Shown here: positions 34,686-43,223 of the stretch, in pieces
Position numbering within the stretch: the stretch's first letter is position 1
Layout of the letters: the number at the start of each line of letters is the position of its first letter
From: Phycisphaerales bacterium
Lineage (GTDB): Bacteria > Planctomycetota > Phycisphaerae > Phycisphaerales > UBA1924
Direction: 5' to 3'
DNA: 64,000 bases
Assembly (NCBI GenBank): GCA_028284805.1
Contig: JANQQZ010000084.1
Span: forward strand, 5,248-69,247
Notes under the pieces: model-generated
What the model was told of the DNA's origin: nothing
The model's input: the letters and a program-made list of their open reading frames with translations, nothing else
Database searches by the model: none
Program-made: the position numbers and the translations under genes

Positions 34686-35978
34686 TCAGCAACCATTGTT
34701 GAAGTTCACGATCCAGGCGTTGAAGTCCTGCGGCGTGCAGAGCCCGTCCCCGTTCTGATCGCACGCGGGCGACTGGCTGTTGAACGCCACGATCCACGCG
34801 TTGAAGTCCTGAGGACTGACCACGCCGTCCCCGTTCGTGTCGGCTGGGCACGCCGCGACGATGTCCACCCGGATGATCGCCCGCCCGAGCGAGCCGTTGC
34901 GGCCCTCGAGAGCCGCGTTCACCAGCGCCTGCCCGGCGTCGTTGATGTCCACCCCCCCGCTGAAGCCCGTGATCGTCGCGAGCCCTGCGTCGGTCTCGAC
35001 CTGCGTCCCGACCGCCGCGATCTCGAGCAGATCGACCCCGTCGCCCACGAACACCGCCTGCTCACCGCCCGCGTTGAACGCCCGGAAGACGATCCAGCCA
35101 TCGTTGTTGATGCGCGGGTTGAAGAACGCGATGTCGCTCACGACCCCGTCGTCCTCGTCCGCGTACACGGTGATCGTGCCGTCGGCATCGACACCCAGGA
35201 TCTCGTCGCCCCCGCTCGTGAAGGCATTGATCGCGACGCGACCCGCGTCGTTCAGGTCGGTCCCGTTCAGGAACCCCGTGACCGTGTCGCCCGAAGGCGA
35301 CGGGTCGCCCTCGAGCACCACGGGCGTGAAGCTCCCGTCGCTCTCGAACACGAACACGCCGTCCGCAGCGCCCGCGCGGTTGCCCCGGCACGAAATCCGG
35401 AGCGACTCGTTCAGCCCGATCGTGCTGTTCAGAAAGGTGAACGGGAGCGAGTCGTCCACCGCGATCGGTGTAAACGTGGTCCCGGTGTAGAACCCGATCG
35501 CGTCGTTGAGCGCGAACTCCGCGCGGGTCGCGATCACGCCTGCGTCGTTGATCGTGGGCGTGCCCCAGCCGCTCGCGCCCAGGGGGTTCGTCGTAAGCCG
35601 GCTCGTCACGCCCGTCGACAGGTCGTGCGTCCACACGCCCCAGTTCAGCGGGTTCGGGTCGAGCGTCGTCACCCGCCACACCACGAGCCCGTCGTCGTTC
35701 AGGTTCGGGTCGCTCGTCGAGAAGAACGCCGCTGACACGCTCTGCCCGTTGACCCAGACCACCTTGTCGATGTTCGCATCGAAGTAGCTGAACGTCACGT
35801 CGCCGTTGGCGTTGATCCGCGGCGTTACGTTCGTCACCTGGCTGAACGGGGGCAGCATGAACCCCGGGCCGTCGAAGACGCCCCGAGCCAGCACCTCGTA
35901 TCCAGACACCGAAGAGGGCAACTGGCCGGTAGCCCCACCCGCGATCGACGCGGCCGCACAAGCACACAACACACGCAT
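34686..35978 (-). CDS. secreted repeat protein ((I/L)N(D/N)(A/D)G-type repeats, propeller-like) with GC-ended dockerin-like tail
   Basis: It has a signal peptide (MRVLCACAAASIAGGATGQ) and about 7 repeats marked by INANGDVTF, LNDDGLVVW, INDAGVIATRAEF, LNDAGRVAINAF, INNDGWIVFRAF and INDAGQALVNAAL. The tail is [54 protein letters not shown]. The start could instead be 35996 or 35999. Confidence 0.8.
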   Translation of the reverse strand: MRVLCACAAASIAGGATGQLPSSVSGYEVLARGVFDGPGFMLPPFSQVTNVTPRINANGDVTFSYFDANIDKVVWVNGQSVSAAFFSTSDPNLNDDGLVVWRVTTLDPNPLNWGVWTHDLSTGVTSRLTTNPLGASGWGTPTINDAGVIATRAEFALNDAIGFYTGTTFTPIAVDDSLPFTFLNSTIGLNESLRISCRGNRAGAADGVFVFESDGSFTPVVLEGDPSPSGDTVTGFLNGTDLNDAGRVAINAFTSGGDEILGVDADGTITVYADEDDGVVSDIAFFNPRINNDGWIVFRAFNAGGEQAVFVGDGVDLLEIAAVGTQVETDAGLATITGFSGGVDINDAGQALVNAALEGRNGSLGRAIIRVDIVAACPADTNGDGVVSPQDFNAWIVAFNSQSPACDQNGDGLCTPQDFNAWIVNFNNGC

Positions 35979-36094
35979 GATCTGTCTCGCTCCCATCACC
36001 TAGGATCGAATGTAACAGAGCGCCGGGTCCGCTCCAAGCCCGCCGTCCGAAAAGGCGGCACACGGAACTATCCGCATCGCGAACCGACAGGCCC

Positions 36095-36547
36095 TCACTC
36101 CTCGATCGGGGCGTTGACCGAGAACGCGGTATCCGTAAACGACTGAGCGCTGGTCCCGCCCCTGGGGTAGACGACCATCGTGCCGGAGAGCCCGACGGTC
36201 CCTGCTGAAGCATCCAGTGGGGACCCGTCGAACGGCACGGTCTGCGTGAGCGACACCGTTCCGCCCTTCGGCAGATCCGTGTGCGTCTCCCACACCCCGC
36301 TCCCGACCGGGTGCGGGCCGAGCGTCAGCTGGTAGTTCACCTGGTACAGGTGCAGGTCGTAGTCCGAGGGGTTCTCGACCGTGAGAGCCAGCACGGCCGC
36401 GTCGGGCGTCAGACGCGCCGACGTCACCGACAGCAACGGGTTCGAGCTGTTCGGCGGGCTGCAGCCCACACCGACTGCCGCGGCACCCAAGAGCAGCACC
36501 CAGGCCTGCAGTCGCACCATCGCTTCAGCTCCTTTCATCCGCGTCAC
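36095..36547 (-). CDS. LEA_2 / WHy-domain lipoprotein
   Basis: It has the lipobox AVGVGC followed by LALTVENPSDYDLHLYQVNYQLTLG..., typical of bacterial LEA14-like (late embryogenesis abundant type 2) proteins. Which of three N-terminal Met codons is used is uncertain. Confidence 0.75.
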   Translation of the reverse strand: MTRMKGAEAMVRLQAWVLLLGAAAVGVGCSPPNSSNPLLSVTSARLTPDAAVLALTVENPSDYDLHLYQVNYQLTLGPHPVGSGVWETHTDLPKGGTVSLTQTVPFDGSPLDASAGTVGLSGTMVVYPRGGTSAQSFTDTAFSVNAPIEE

Positions 36548-36583
36548 CCTCCTCGGGCTCGCACACCTTCCCGAACCGTCGGA

Positions 36584-37903
36584 TCACCGATCGACCGACG
36601 CGGGCTCCTTGAACACCTCACCCGCCTTCATGACGAAGACGACCCGCCCGAGCGCCCCGATGTCTTCGAGGGGATCGCCTTCGAGCGCGATGATGTCCGC
36701 CACCATACCGGGCGCGAGCGTGCCGACGTCCTCCAGCCCGCACAGGTCCGCCGCGTTGATCGTCGCGGTCCTGATCGCCTCGTTCGGAGGCATGCCGGCC
36801 TCGGTCATGTAGACGAACTCAAGCCAGTTCGTGCCGTGCGCACCGACACCAACGTCGGTGCCGAAGGCGATCTTCACCCCGCCCTCGTACGCCCTCGCGA
36901 AGCTGCTCTGGATCTGAGGCCCCACGGCGGCCGCCTTCTCGCGGATCGCCGGATTGAACCACTCGGGCTCGGAGCTCTTCTCCGCGACGAACTTGCCCGC
37001 GTGGATCGTGGGCACGAGGTACGCGCCCGTCTCGACGAACAGCGCGATCGCCTCGTCGTCCAGGTACGTCCCGTGCTCGATCGAGTCGACGCCGCCCCGC
37101 AGAGCCGCCTTGATCCCGTCCGCCCCGTGCGCGTGCGCCGCGACCTTGCGCCCCATCATCCGCGCACTCTCGACGACCGCCTCCATCTCGTCATCGAACA
37201 TCTGCTGGTCGGTGCCCGCTGCCGTGTTGCTGAGCACCCCGCCCGTGGCGGTGATCTTGATCAGGTCGCTCCCGCGCTTGACACGCTCGCGCACGGCCTT
37301 GCGCATCTCCGCCGGCCCGTCCGCGACACCCTCCATCGGGCCCACGTCCGGACGCAGGTAAGGCTGGATGCCGTTGGTCGGGTCCGCGTGCCCGCCCGTG
37401 ACCGCGATGCTCTTGCCCGCCGCCAGGATGCGCGGGCCCACGATGTCGCCCGCGTTGATGCGGTCACGCAGCGCGTAGATGTCCTCACCGAAGCTGCCCA
37501 CGTTGCGCACGGTCGTGAACCCCGCCATGAGCGTGCGCTGGGCGTAGACCGTCCCGTCGATCGCGGAGTGCGCCATCGTCTCGGTCAGCGTGCGACGGAG
37601 CCGGATCGACATGGGCGGCAGCTCGTGCGTCAGGTGCGTGTGGCAGTCGATCAGCCCGGGCAGGACGAAGCTATCGCTCAGGTCGACGTGGCGCGTCGGC
37701 TCGCCGCCCGGCGCCGCGTCGATGAATAGGTGCCCCTCGAACACTCGAGTGATACGCCCGTCCTCGATCACGACGGAGCTCTCGCCCATCGGCGGCTCGC
37801 CGGGCACCGCGAGCAGCTGCCCGCAGTGCAGCACGACCCGGTCCTGCCCGGGCGACGCCGCGGCGACCAGCAACCCGATCATGAGACAGACAACACTCCG
37901 CAT
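36584..37903 (-). CDS. secreted amidohydrolase-family metallohydrolase
   Basis: The start is at MRSVVCLMIGLLVAAASPGQ, after GAAGGAG. It has the motifs PGLIDCHTHL, KVAAHAHG, DSIEHG and KIAFGTDVG. Confidence 0.85.
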   Translation of the reverse strand: MRSVVCLMIGLLVAAASPGQDRVVLHCGQLLAVPGEPPMGESSVVIEDGRITRVFEGHLFIDAAPGGEPTRHVDLSDSFVLPGLIDCHTHLTHELPPMSIRLRRTLTETMAHSAIDGTVYAQRTLMAGFTTVRNVGSFGEDIYALRDRINAGDIVGPRILAAGKSIAVTGGHADPTNGIQPYLRPDVGPMEGVADGPAEMRKAVRERVKRGSDLIKITATGGVLSNTAAGTDQQMFDDEMEAVVESARMMGRKVAAHAHGADGIKAALRGGVDSIEHGTYLDDEAIALFVETGAYLVPTIHAGKFVAEKSSEPEWFNPAIREKAAAVGPQIQSSFARAYEGGVKIAFGTDVGVGAHGTNWLEFVYMTEAGMPPNEAIRTATINAADLCGLEDVGTLAPGMVADIIALEGDPLEDIGALGRVVFVMKAGEVFKEPASVDR

Positions 37904-37987
37904 CCCGCGCTCCTTCTCTGGAAGTTCTACCGGGTCGCCCACACCCACCGTACCACGCAAGGCTCGGGAAAGATACGCTTCGGGCGT

Positions 37988-38479
37988 ATGGCCTCACTCC
38001 GCCAGCAGATCGGGAAGCAGCACGAGTTCGATCTGCCCGAGGAGGAGGTCTATCTCAACGTCATCCGCACCGCCGCCCTGTTCACCTCCGAGTTCAACCG
38101 CCTGTTCAAGAAACAGGGCCTCGGGGAATCGGGCTACAACGTGCTGCGCATCCTCCGGGCCGCGGGGGAAACCGGGCGGACATGGACCGAGATCCACCGA
38201 GACCTGGTCGTACCCGCCCCGGACGTCACCCGCCTCGTGGGACGCCTGGATCGCGACGGGTTCGCCCGACGCCGGCGCTCCACCGAGGACCGGCGCGTGA
38301 TCCGGGTGTTCATCACACCCGCGGGGCGCGAGATCGTGGACCGCCTCGACGAGCCGATCCGGGAGCTGCACCGCGCGCTGCTCGGGCACCTCAGCCCCGA
38401 CGACCTCACGGGCCTCAGCCGGCTCCTCGAGCGGGCGAGAGAGCCCCTGGAGAGCCCGCGAGGCTCGGACACCCCCTAA
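37988..38479 (+). CDS. MarR-family transcriptional regulator
   Basis: From the internal Met (MASLRQQ...) of ORF 37730..38479. The winged-HTH region is GYNVLRILRAAGETGRTWTEIHRDLVVPAPDVTRLVGRLDRDGFARR...DRRVIRVFITPAGRE. Confidence 0.85.
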   Translation: MASLRQQIGKQHEFDLPEEEVYLNVIRTAALFTSEFNRLFKKQGLGESGYNVLRILRAAGETGRTWTEIHRDLVVPAPDVTRLVGRLDRDGFARRRRSTEDRRVIRVFITPAGREIVDRLDEPIRELHRALLGHLSPDDLTGLSRLLERAREPLESPRGSDTP

Positions 38480-38535
38480 AGCGGCGGGTCGAAGCACCCG
38501 GGCCATCCTTGAAATCCGTGTGCGTGCCGGAATAT

Positions 38536-38551
38536 AGTTGTTGCGACAAGT
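38536..38551. promoter_or_regulatory. imperfect inverted repeat AGTTGT-tgcg-ACAAGT in an A/T-rich patch between marR and the pirin gene (possible MarR operator)
   Basis: The arms match 5/6. The repeat sits in aatatAGTTGTTGCGACAAGTaattat, which is unusually A/T-rich for this DNA. Confidence 0.3.
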
Positions 38552-38605
38552 AATTATCCCGTCGAGCCGATGCCACCCGGCATCGCAAACCGAAGGAGAC
38601 CCCCG

Positions 38606-39328
38606 ATGATCGAGACACGGACCGCCGCCGGGCGGGGCACGACCGACCTGGGCTGGCTCGACTCCCGGCACACCTTCGCCTTCGGGCGGGGCATCCCGAA
38701 CCGGGCCGAGGCGCACACCATGGGCTTCCGGAACCTGCGCGTGATCAACGACGACCGCGTCGCCCCGGGCCAGGGCTTCGGCACGCACGGGCACGACAAC
38801 ATGGAGATCATCTCCTTCGTGATCGACGGCGCCCTCGAGCACAAGGACTCCATGGGCACCACGCAGGCCATCGGCCCGGGCGACTTCCAGCTCACCACCG
38901 CCGGCTCGGGCATCACGCACTCGGAGTACAACCCGAGCCCCGACGAGCCCATGCGCTTCGTCCAGATCTGGATCCTCCCCGACGAGCAAAACGTCGCGCC
39001 GAGCTACGCCCACCTGACGCACGACACGGAAGCCTCGCGCAACCGTCTGCGCCTCACCGCCAGCCCCGACGGGCTCGATGGCTCGATGCGGATGCACGCC
39101 GACGCGAGGCTCTACGTCAGCCAGCTCGACGACGGCGCGTCCGTCTCGCTCGATCTCGCGCCGGGGCGGCACGCCTGGGTGCAGGTCACGCGGGGCACGG
39201 TGCGCGTCACCGCGGGCGGCCAGACCGTCGTCCTCAGCGAGGGCGACGGCGCCGCGATCAGCGACGAGGCCGCGGTGACGATCGACGCCACCACCGGGGC
39301 GGAGATCCTGGCCTTCGATCTCGCCTGA
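38606..39328 (+). CDS. pirin-family protein
   Basis: The start is at MIETRTAA, after AAGGAG. The cupin metal site is GFGTHGHDNMEIISFVIDGALEHKDS, followed by TAGSGITHSE. Confidence 0.9.
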   Translation: MIETRTAAGRGTTDLGWLDSRHTFAFGRGIPNRAEAHTMGFRNLRVINDDRVAPGQGFGTHGHDNMEIISFVIDGALEHKDSMGTTQAIGPGDFQLTTAGSGITHSEYNPSPDEPMRFVQIWILPDEQNVAPSYAHLTHDTEASRNRLRLTASPDGLDGSMRMHADARLYVSQLDDGASVSLDLAPGRHAWVQVTRGTVRVTAGGQTVVLSEGDGAAISDEAAVTIDATTGAEILAFDLA

Positions 39329-39363
39329 TCACTCACACGAAACCACACAGCAGGAGCAAAGCA

Positions 39364-39717
39364 ATGTCCATCACCGAAGCCGTCCACGACCTGATCGAGA
39401 CCATGAAAGCGGGCGACATCCTCGGGGCGTTCGAGAAGCACTACGCCCAGGACGTCGTGATGCAGGAGAACAGCGAGCCCCCCACCGAGGGCAAGGACGC
39501 CAACCGCGAGCGCGAGAAGCAGTTCGTCGCAAGCATCAAGGACTTCAAGAGCCTGTGGATCGACAGCGTCGCCGTGAACGAGCAGGACGGCGTCGCCTTC
39601 ATCGAGTACGGCTTCAACTTCATCAACACCGATGACCAGGACGTCACGTACCAGCAGGCCGCCCGCCAGACCTGGCAGAACGGCAAGATCGTCAGCGAAC
39701 GCTTCTACCACGGGTGA
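39364..39717 (+). CDS. SnoaL-like / NTF2-fold small protein
   Basis: 117 aa, preceded by AGGAG. Size and pattern are consistent with an NTF2-like fold. The function call has moderate to low confidence. Confidence 0.7.
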   Translation: MSITEAVHDLIETMKAGDILGAFEKHYAQDVVMQENSEPPTEGKDANREREKQFVASIKDFKSLWIDSVAVNEQDGVAFIEYGFNFINTDDQDVTYQQAARQTWQNGKIVSERFYHG

Positions 39718-39727
39718 ACGTCTTCCT

Positions 39728-39751
39728 CCCTCTCCCTACCGGGGGAGAGGG
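39728..39751. terminator. perfect 9-bp G/C hairpin between convergent genes (bidirectional terminator candidate)
   Basis: CCCTCTCCC-taccgg-GGGAGAGGG, followed by CCGGGGCGAGGGGG. It lies between the stops at 39717 (+) and 39766 (-). Confidence 0.5.
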
Positions 39752-39765
39752 CCGGGGCGAGGGGG

Positions 39766-40974
39766 CTACCTGTTCTCTTCTTCTCTGCCCTGCTCCCGCT
39801 TGGGCCGTAATGCCCCCGCCCGGGTGATCGCCCGCTTGCCGAACTTCTCGTTGATCGCATCAAACGCCGCGTCGACGCCGCGGCGTTTCTCGTGCGCCGT
39901 CTCATTCTCAAACAGCCCGAGTTGCTCGGGCTCATCCGCGTCGGTGAGCTGGCTGGTGCTCACCCCGATCAGCCGAACGGGCCGGAAGGTCTGGGCGGCC
40001 CACGCGTCAAACAGCCCGCGGGCCGCCGAATAGATCGTCTGCGTGTCGTCCGACGCCCGATCGAGCGTGTGGGCCCGCGTGATGGTCTGGAAGTCGCCGA
40101 AGCGGATCTTGACCGTCACGGTCCTCGCCTTGCGCGCCTTGGCCCGCAGCCGCCGCCCGACCTGCTCGGCCTGATCGAGCATCACCGCGCGCACGTCGTC
40201 GGGCTCGGTCAGGTCCTCCCCGAACGTCTGCTCGTGCCCCACGCTCTTGGCGACGCGGTCGGGCACCACCGGGCGTTCGTCGATGCCTCGGGCGAGCTCG
40301 TGGATCCGCGTGCCGAAGGTGCCCAGCGCCGACTCGACCGCCTCGACCGGCATCCGGCGCAGGTCGCCGATCGTGCGCACACCCAGCCTCGCGAGCTTCT
40401 GCTCGGCGGACCCGCCCACGCCGAAGATCCGCGTCACCGGAAGCGGGTCCAGCACCTGCTGGATGCGATCCGCCTCGATCACCGTCAGCCCGTCGGGCTT
40501 GTCCATGTCGCTGGCGAGCTTGGCCAGGAACTTGTTGGGTGCCACACCCACGCTGACCGTCAGCCCCGTCTCGGCCTTCACCCGCCCGCGGATCGACGTA
40601 GCGATGCTCACCGCATCGCCCACCGCGCGCAGCGATCCGGTCACGTCCAAGAACGCCTCGTCGATCGACAGAGGCTGGATCAGGGGCGTCACGCTCTCGA
40701 AGATCGTGAACACCTGCTGGCTCACCGATTTGTACTCGTCGTAGCTGCCGCGCACCACGACCGCGTCCGGGCAGAGCCGGAGCGCCGTGACCATCGGCAT
40801 CGCGCTCCGGCACCCGAACGCCCGCGCCTCGTAGCTCGCCGCCGCGACCACGCCCCGCTTGCCCGACCCGCCCACGAGCACGGGCTTGCCCCGCAGCGAC
40901 GGATCGTCCCGCTGCTCCACCGACGCGAAGAACGCGTCCATGTCGGCATGGAGGATGGAACGCTGGCCCGTCAT
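39766..40974 (-). CDS. dinB: DNA polymerase IV
   Basis: It has ILHADMDAFFASVEQRDDPSLRGKPVLVGG, SYEARAFGCRSAMP, SIDEAFLDVT, and little-finger and HhH regions. The start is set at MTGQRS; upstream in-frame Mets exist. Confidence 0.9.
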   Translation of the reverse strand: MTGQRSILHADMDAFFASVEQRDDPSLRGKPVLVGGSGKRGVVAAASYEARAFGCRSAMPMVTALRLCPDAVVVRGSYDEYKSVSQQVFTIFESVTPLIQPLSIDEAFLDVTGSLRAVGDAVSIATSIRGRVKAETGLTVSVGVAPNKFLAKLASDMDKPDGLTVIEADRIQQVLDPLPVTRIFGVGGSAEQKLARLGVRTIGDLRRMPVEAVESALGTFGTRIHELARGIDERPVVPDRVAKSVGHEQTFGEDLTEPDDVRAVMLDQAEQVGRRLRAKARKARTVTVKIRFGDFQTITRAHTLDRASDDTQTIYSAARGLFDAWAAQTFRPVRLIGVSTSQLTDADEPEQLGLFENETAHEKRRGVDAAFDAINEKFGKRAITRAGALRPKREQGREEENR

Positions 40975-40993
40975 CCGCTTCAGTCTGCCACGA

Positions 40994-41392
40994 TCACGCC
41001 CGCGGGGGAAGCTCCCCACCCGGATCCGCATCATCGTCCGTCCGATCATCGATCTGTGCCGCGTTCGAGGCCTCGCTGATCAGGTTGTGCAGCTCGCCCT
41101 CGGGCATGTCGAGTTGGTCCGCCAGATCGCTCACGACCTTCATGTACGCCAGGCGCAGCCCCGCGAGGATCGTCACGAGCTGATCGCGGTTCTCGCCCGT
41201 CAGCCGCTGGCTGCCCGCGACCTCGACCGCGGTCAGCAGTTCCGCGCCGTGCTCGGCGCCCCACGCCTGGAACGGATCCTCGGGCCGGAACTCCTCGGGC
41301 ACCTCATCGCCCTCTGCCAGGCGCGCCGCGAACACGATCGCCGGCTTGAACCGCTCGCTGATCCCCCGGATCGATGACTCGAACTCACTCAT
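40994..41392 (-). CDS. hypothetical acidic protein
   Basis: From the internal Met (MSEFESSIRG...) of ORF 40994..41440. Coding-like composition; no domain recognised. Confidence 0.55.
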   Translation of the reverse strand: MSEFESSIRGISERFKPAIVFAARLAEGDEVPEEFRPEDPFQAWGAEHGAELLTAVEVAGSQRLTGENRDQLVTILAGLRLAYMKVVSDLADQLDMPEGELHNLISEASNAAQIDDRTDDDADPGGELPPRA

Positions 41393-41483
41393 GACACAAG
41401 GGTAGCGCGTCCCCCGAGTGCACCGAGACTCCCAAACCACCCCGACGACGCGGCACAGGCTTGTCCGAGGCTTGCGTAGAGGC

Positions 41484-43211
41484 TTACAGCCGACTCGCGG
41501 CCGACGTCGGGTCGCGGCTCGCGCTCGCGGTCGCCGAGGGATCGATCAGCGTGCTCGGGTCCGCGGGGAGCAGCACACGGAACGTCGCACCACCGCCCCG
41601 GGTCTGTTCGACCCAGACCTCGCCCCGGTGGTCCTCGATGATCCGCTTGGTCACCGCGAGACCGAGGCCCGTGCCGCGCATGCCCTTGGTGGTGTGGAAG
41701 GGCTCGAAGATCCACTCGCGTCGCTCGGAGGCGATGCCGGGCCCGTTGTCGATGATCGCGATCTCGACCTCGGCCGAATCGCCCCGCGCGATGCGCGAGC
41801 CCGTCTTGTGCCCGTCCTCGATCGGGCGCCCCTTGGGGAAGTACCCCACGCGTACCGTCACCGTCCCCGACTTGGGCTCCACCGCCTCCACCGCGTTCGT
41901 CATCAGGTTCATCATCGCCTGGTGCATCAGGTTCGGGTCAAGGGGCAGCGGCGGGATGTCCGGGTCCACGTCTACGAGCAGCACTACCTGACGCGTCGAG
42001 CACAGGCCCTCGAGCAGCTGCGCGCAGTCGTCCAGCAGAGGCCCGAGCTTGGTCAGCTCGATCTCGATGTTCCGCTGGCGGCTGAACGCCAGCATGTTCA
42101 GTGTCAGCCCCATGATCCGGTCGAGGTTGCGCTTGAGGATCGACCACCCGCCCTTGGCGATCTTCAGGTCGTCCTTGCGCAGCCCCATCTCGACGACATC
42201 CGCCCCGCCGCGCAGGCCCTGCAGGATGTTCTTGATCGAGTGCGAGAGGCTCGCGACCGTCTCGCCGATGACCGCGAGACGCTCCTTGTGGATCTGGTCG
42301 CCCGTCAGCTCCAGGTTCGCCATCGCCAGGCCCGTCTGCTGGCCGACCGCGTTCAGCAGAGCGAGCTGATCCGCCGTGAACGTGTAGTTCACGATCGAGC
42401 TGTCGATGTAGATCGCCCCGAAGACACGGTCGCGGAAGACGATCGGCGCACACATCGCGCTGCGGATGCCGAACCGCTGGACGCTGTCGCCCGCCTTGAA
42501 CCGAGGGTCGGCCATCGCGTTCGAGCTCAGCACCGCCTGGCGCTTGCTCATCGCGTGCTGGAGGATCGTCTGGCTGATCTTGATCTTCTTGTCTTCCTCG
42601 TCCGTCGGCTCGGCCATGAACTTCACCGCGACCGGCTTGGGCGAGTGGTACTTGTCGGGCGCGATCATCATGACGCCCCGCTCGGGCTCGAACTGGTCGA
42701 AGACGGTTTCCAAGACCTCCGCCAGCAACTCCTGCTCGTCGAGCGCGTCCGTCGCGATCGCCGACACACGGAACAGCATCTTCAGGTGCTCGTTCGCCGC
42801 CAGCCTGGGCTCGGGCTCGGCCATCAGCACCGAGTCCTCGTTGCTCGCGAGCGCGTGCTCGATGTCCGCGTCGATCTCGTCGGGGCGCACCAGCTCGACG
42901 ATCTCCGACCCGGGATCGGTGAGCACCCCGCCGAACGCGAGCACCGTCGACCCGACCCGGATCTGATCCCCCGCGCGGAGTTTCACGCGTGAGGCGATCT
43001 GCGTCCCGTTCACCCACGTCCCGTTGTGGCTCTTCAGGTCGCGCACGTACCACGACCCGCCGTCGGGCGTTAGCTCGGCGTGCCGACGGCTCACCGTGTT
43101 GTCCGTGATGGGCAACGCCTCCGACGACCGCCCGATCAGCTGCGGCTCGTTGTCCGGCAGGCTGAACTGCTTGCCCTTCTGCGGGCCCTGGACGACGGTG
43201 AGGAGGAGCAT
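41484..43211 (-). CDS. cytoplasmic sensor histidine kinase: FHA + GAF + HisKA + HATPase_c
   Basis: The FHA domain is IGRSSEALPITDNTVSRRHAEL...VRDLKSHNGTWVNG. A central GAF-like segment follows. The H-box is SLSHSIKNILQGL, and N, G1 and G2 boxes are present (MMNLMTNAVEA, DNGPGI, GTGLGLAV). It has no TM helix. Confidence 0.9.
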   Translation of the reverse strand: MLLLTVVQGPQKGKQFSLPDNEPQLIGRSSEALPITDNTVSRRHAELTPDGGSWYVRDLKSHNGTWVNGTQIASRVKLRAGDQIRVGSTVLAFGGVLTDPGSEIVELVRPDEIDADIEHALASNEDSVLMAEPEPRLAANEHLKMLFRVSAIATDALDEQELLAEVLETVFDQFEPERGVMMIAPDKYHSPKPVAVKFMAEPTDEEDKKIKISQTILQHAMSKRQAVLSSNAMADPRFKAGDSVQRFGIRSAMCAPIVFRDRVFGAIYIDSSIVNYTFTADQLALLNAVGQQTGLAMANLELTGDQIHKERLAVIGETVASLSHSIKNILQGLRGGADVVEMGLRKDDLKIAKGGWSILKRNLDRIMGLTLNMLAFSRQRNIEIELTKLGPLLDDCAQLLEGLCSTRQVVLLVDVDPDIPPLPLDPNLMHQAMMNLMTNAVEAVEPKSGTVTVRVGYFPKGRPIEDGHKTGSRIARGDSAEVEIAIIDNGPGIASERREWIFEPFHTTKGMRGTGLGLAVTKRIIEDHRGEVWVEQTRGGGATFRVLLPADPSTLIDPSATASASRDPTSAASRL

Positions 43212-43223
43212 GACAAATCGTAG

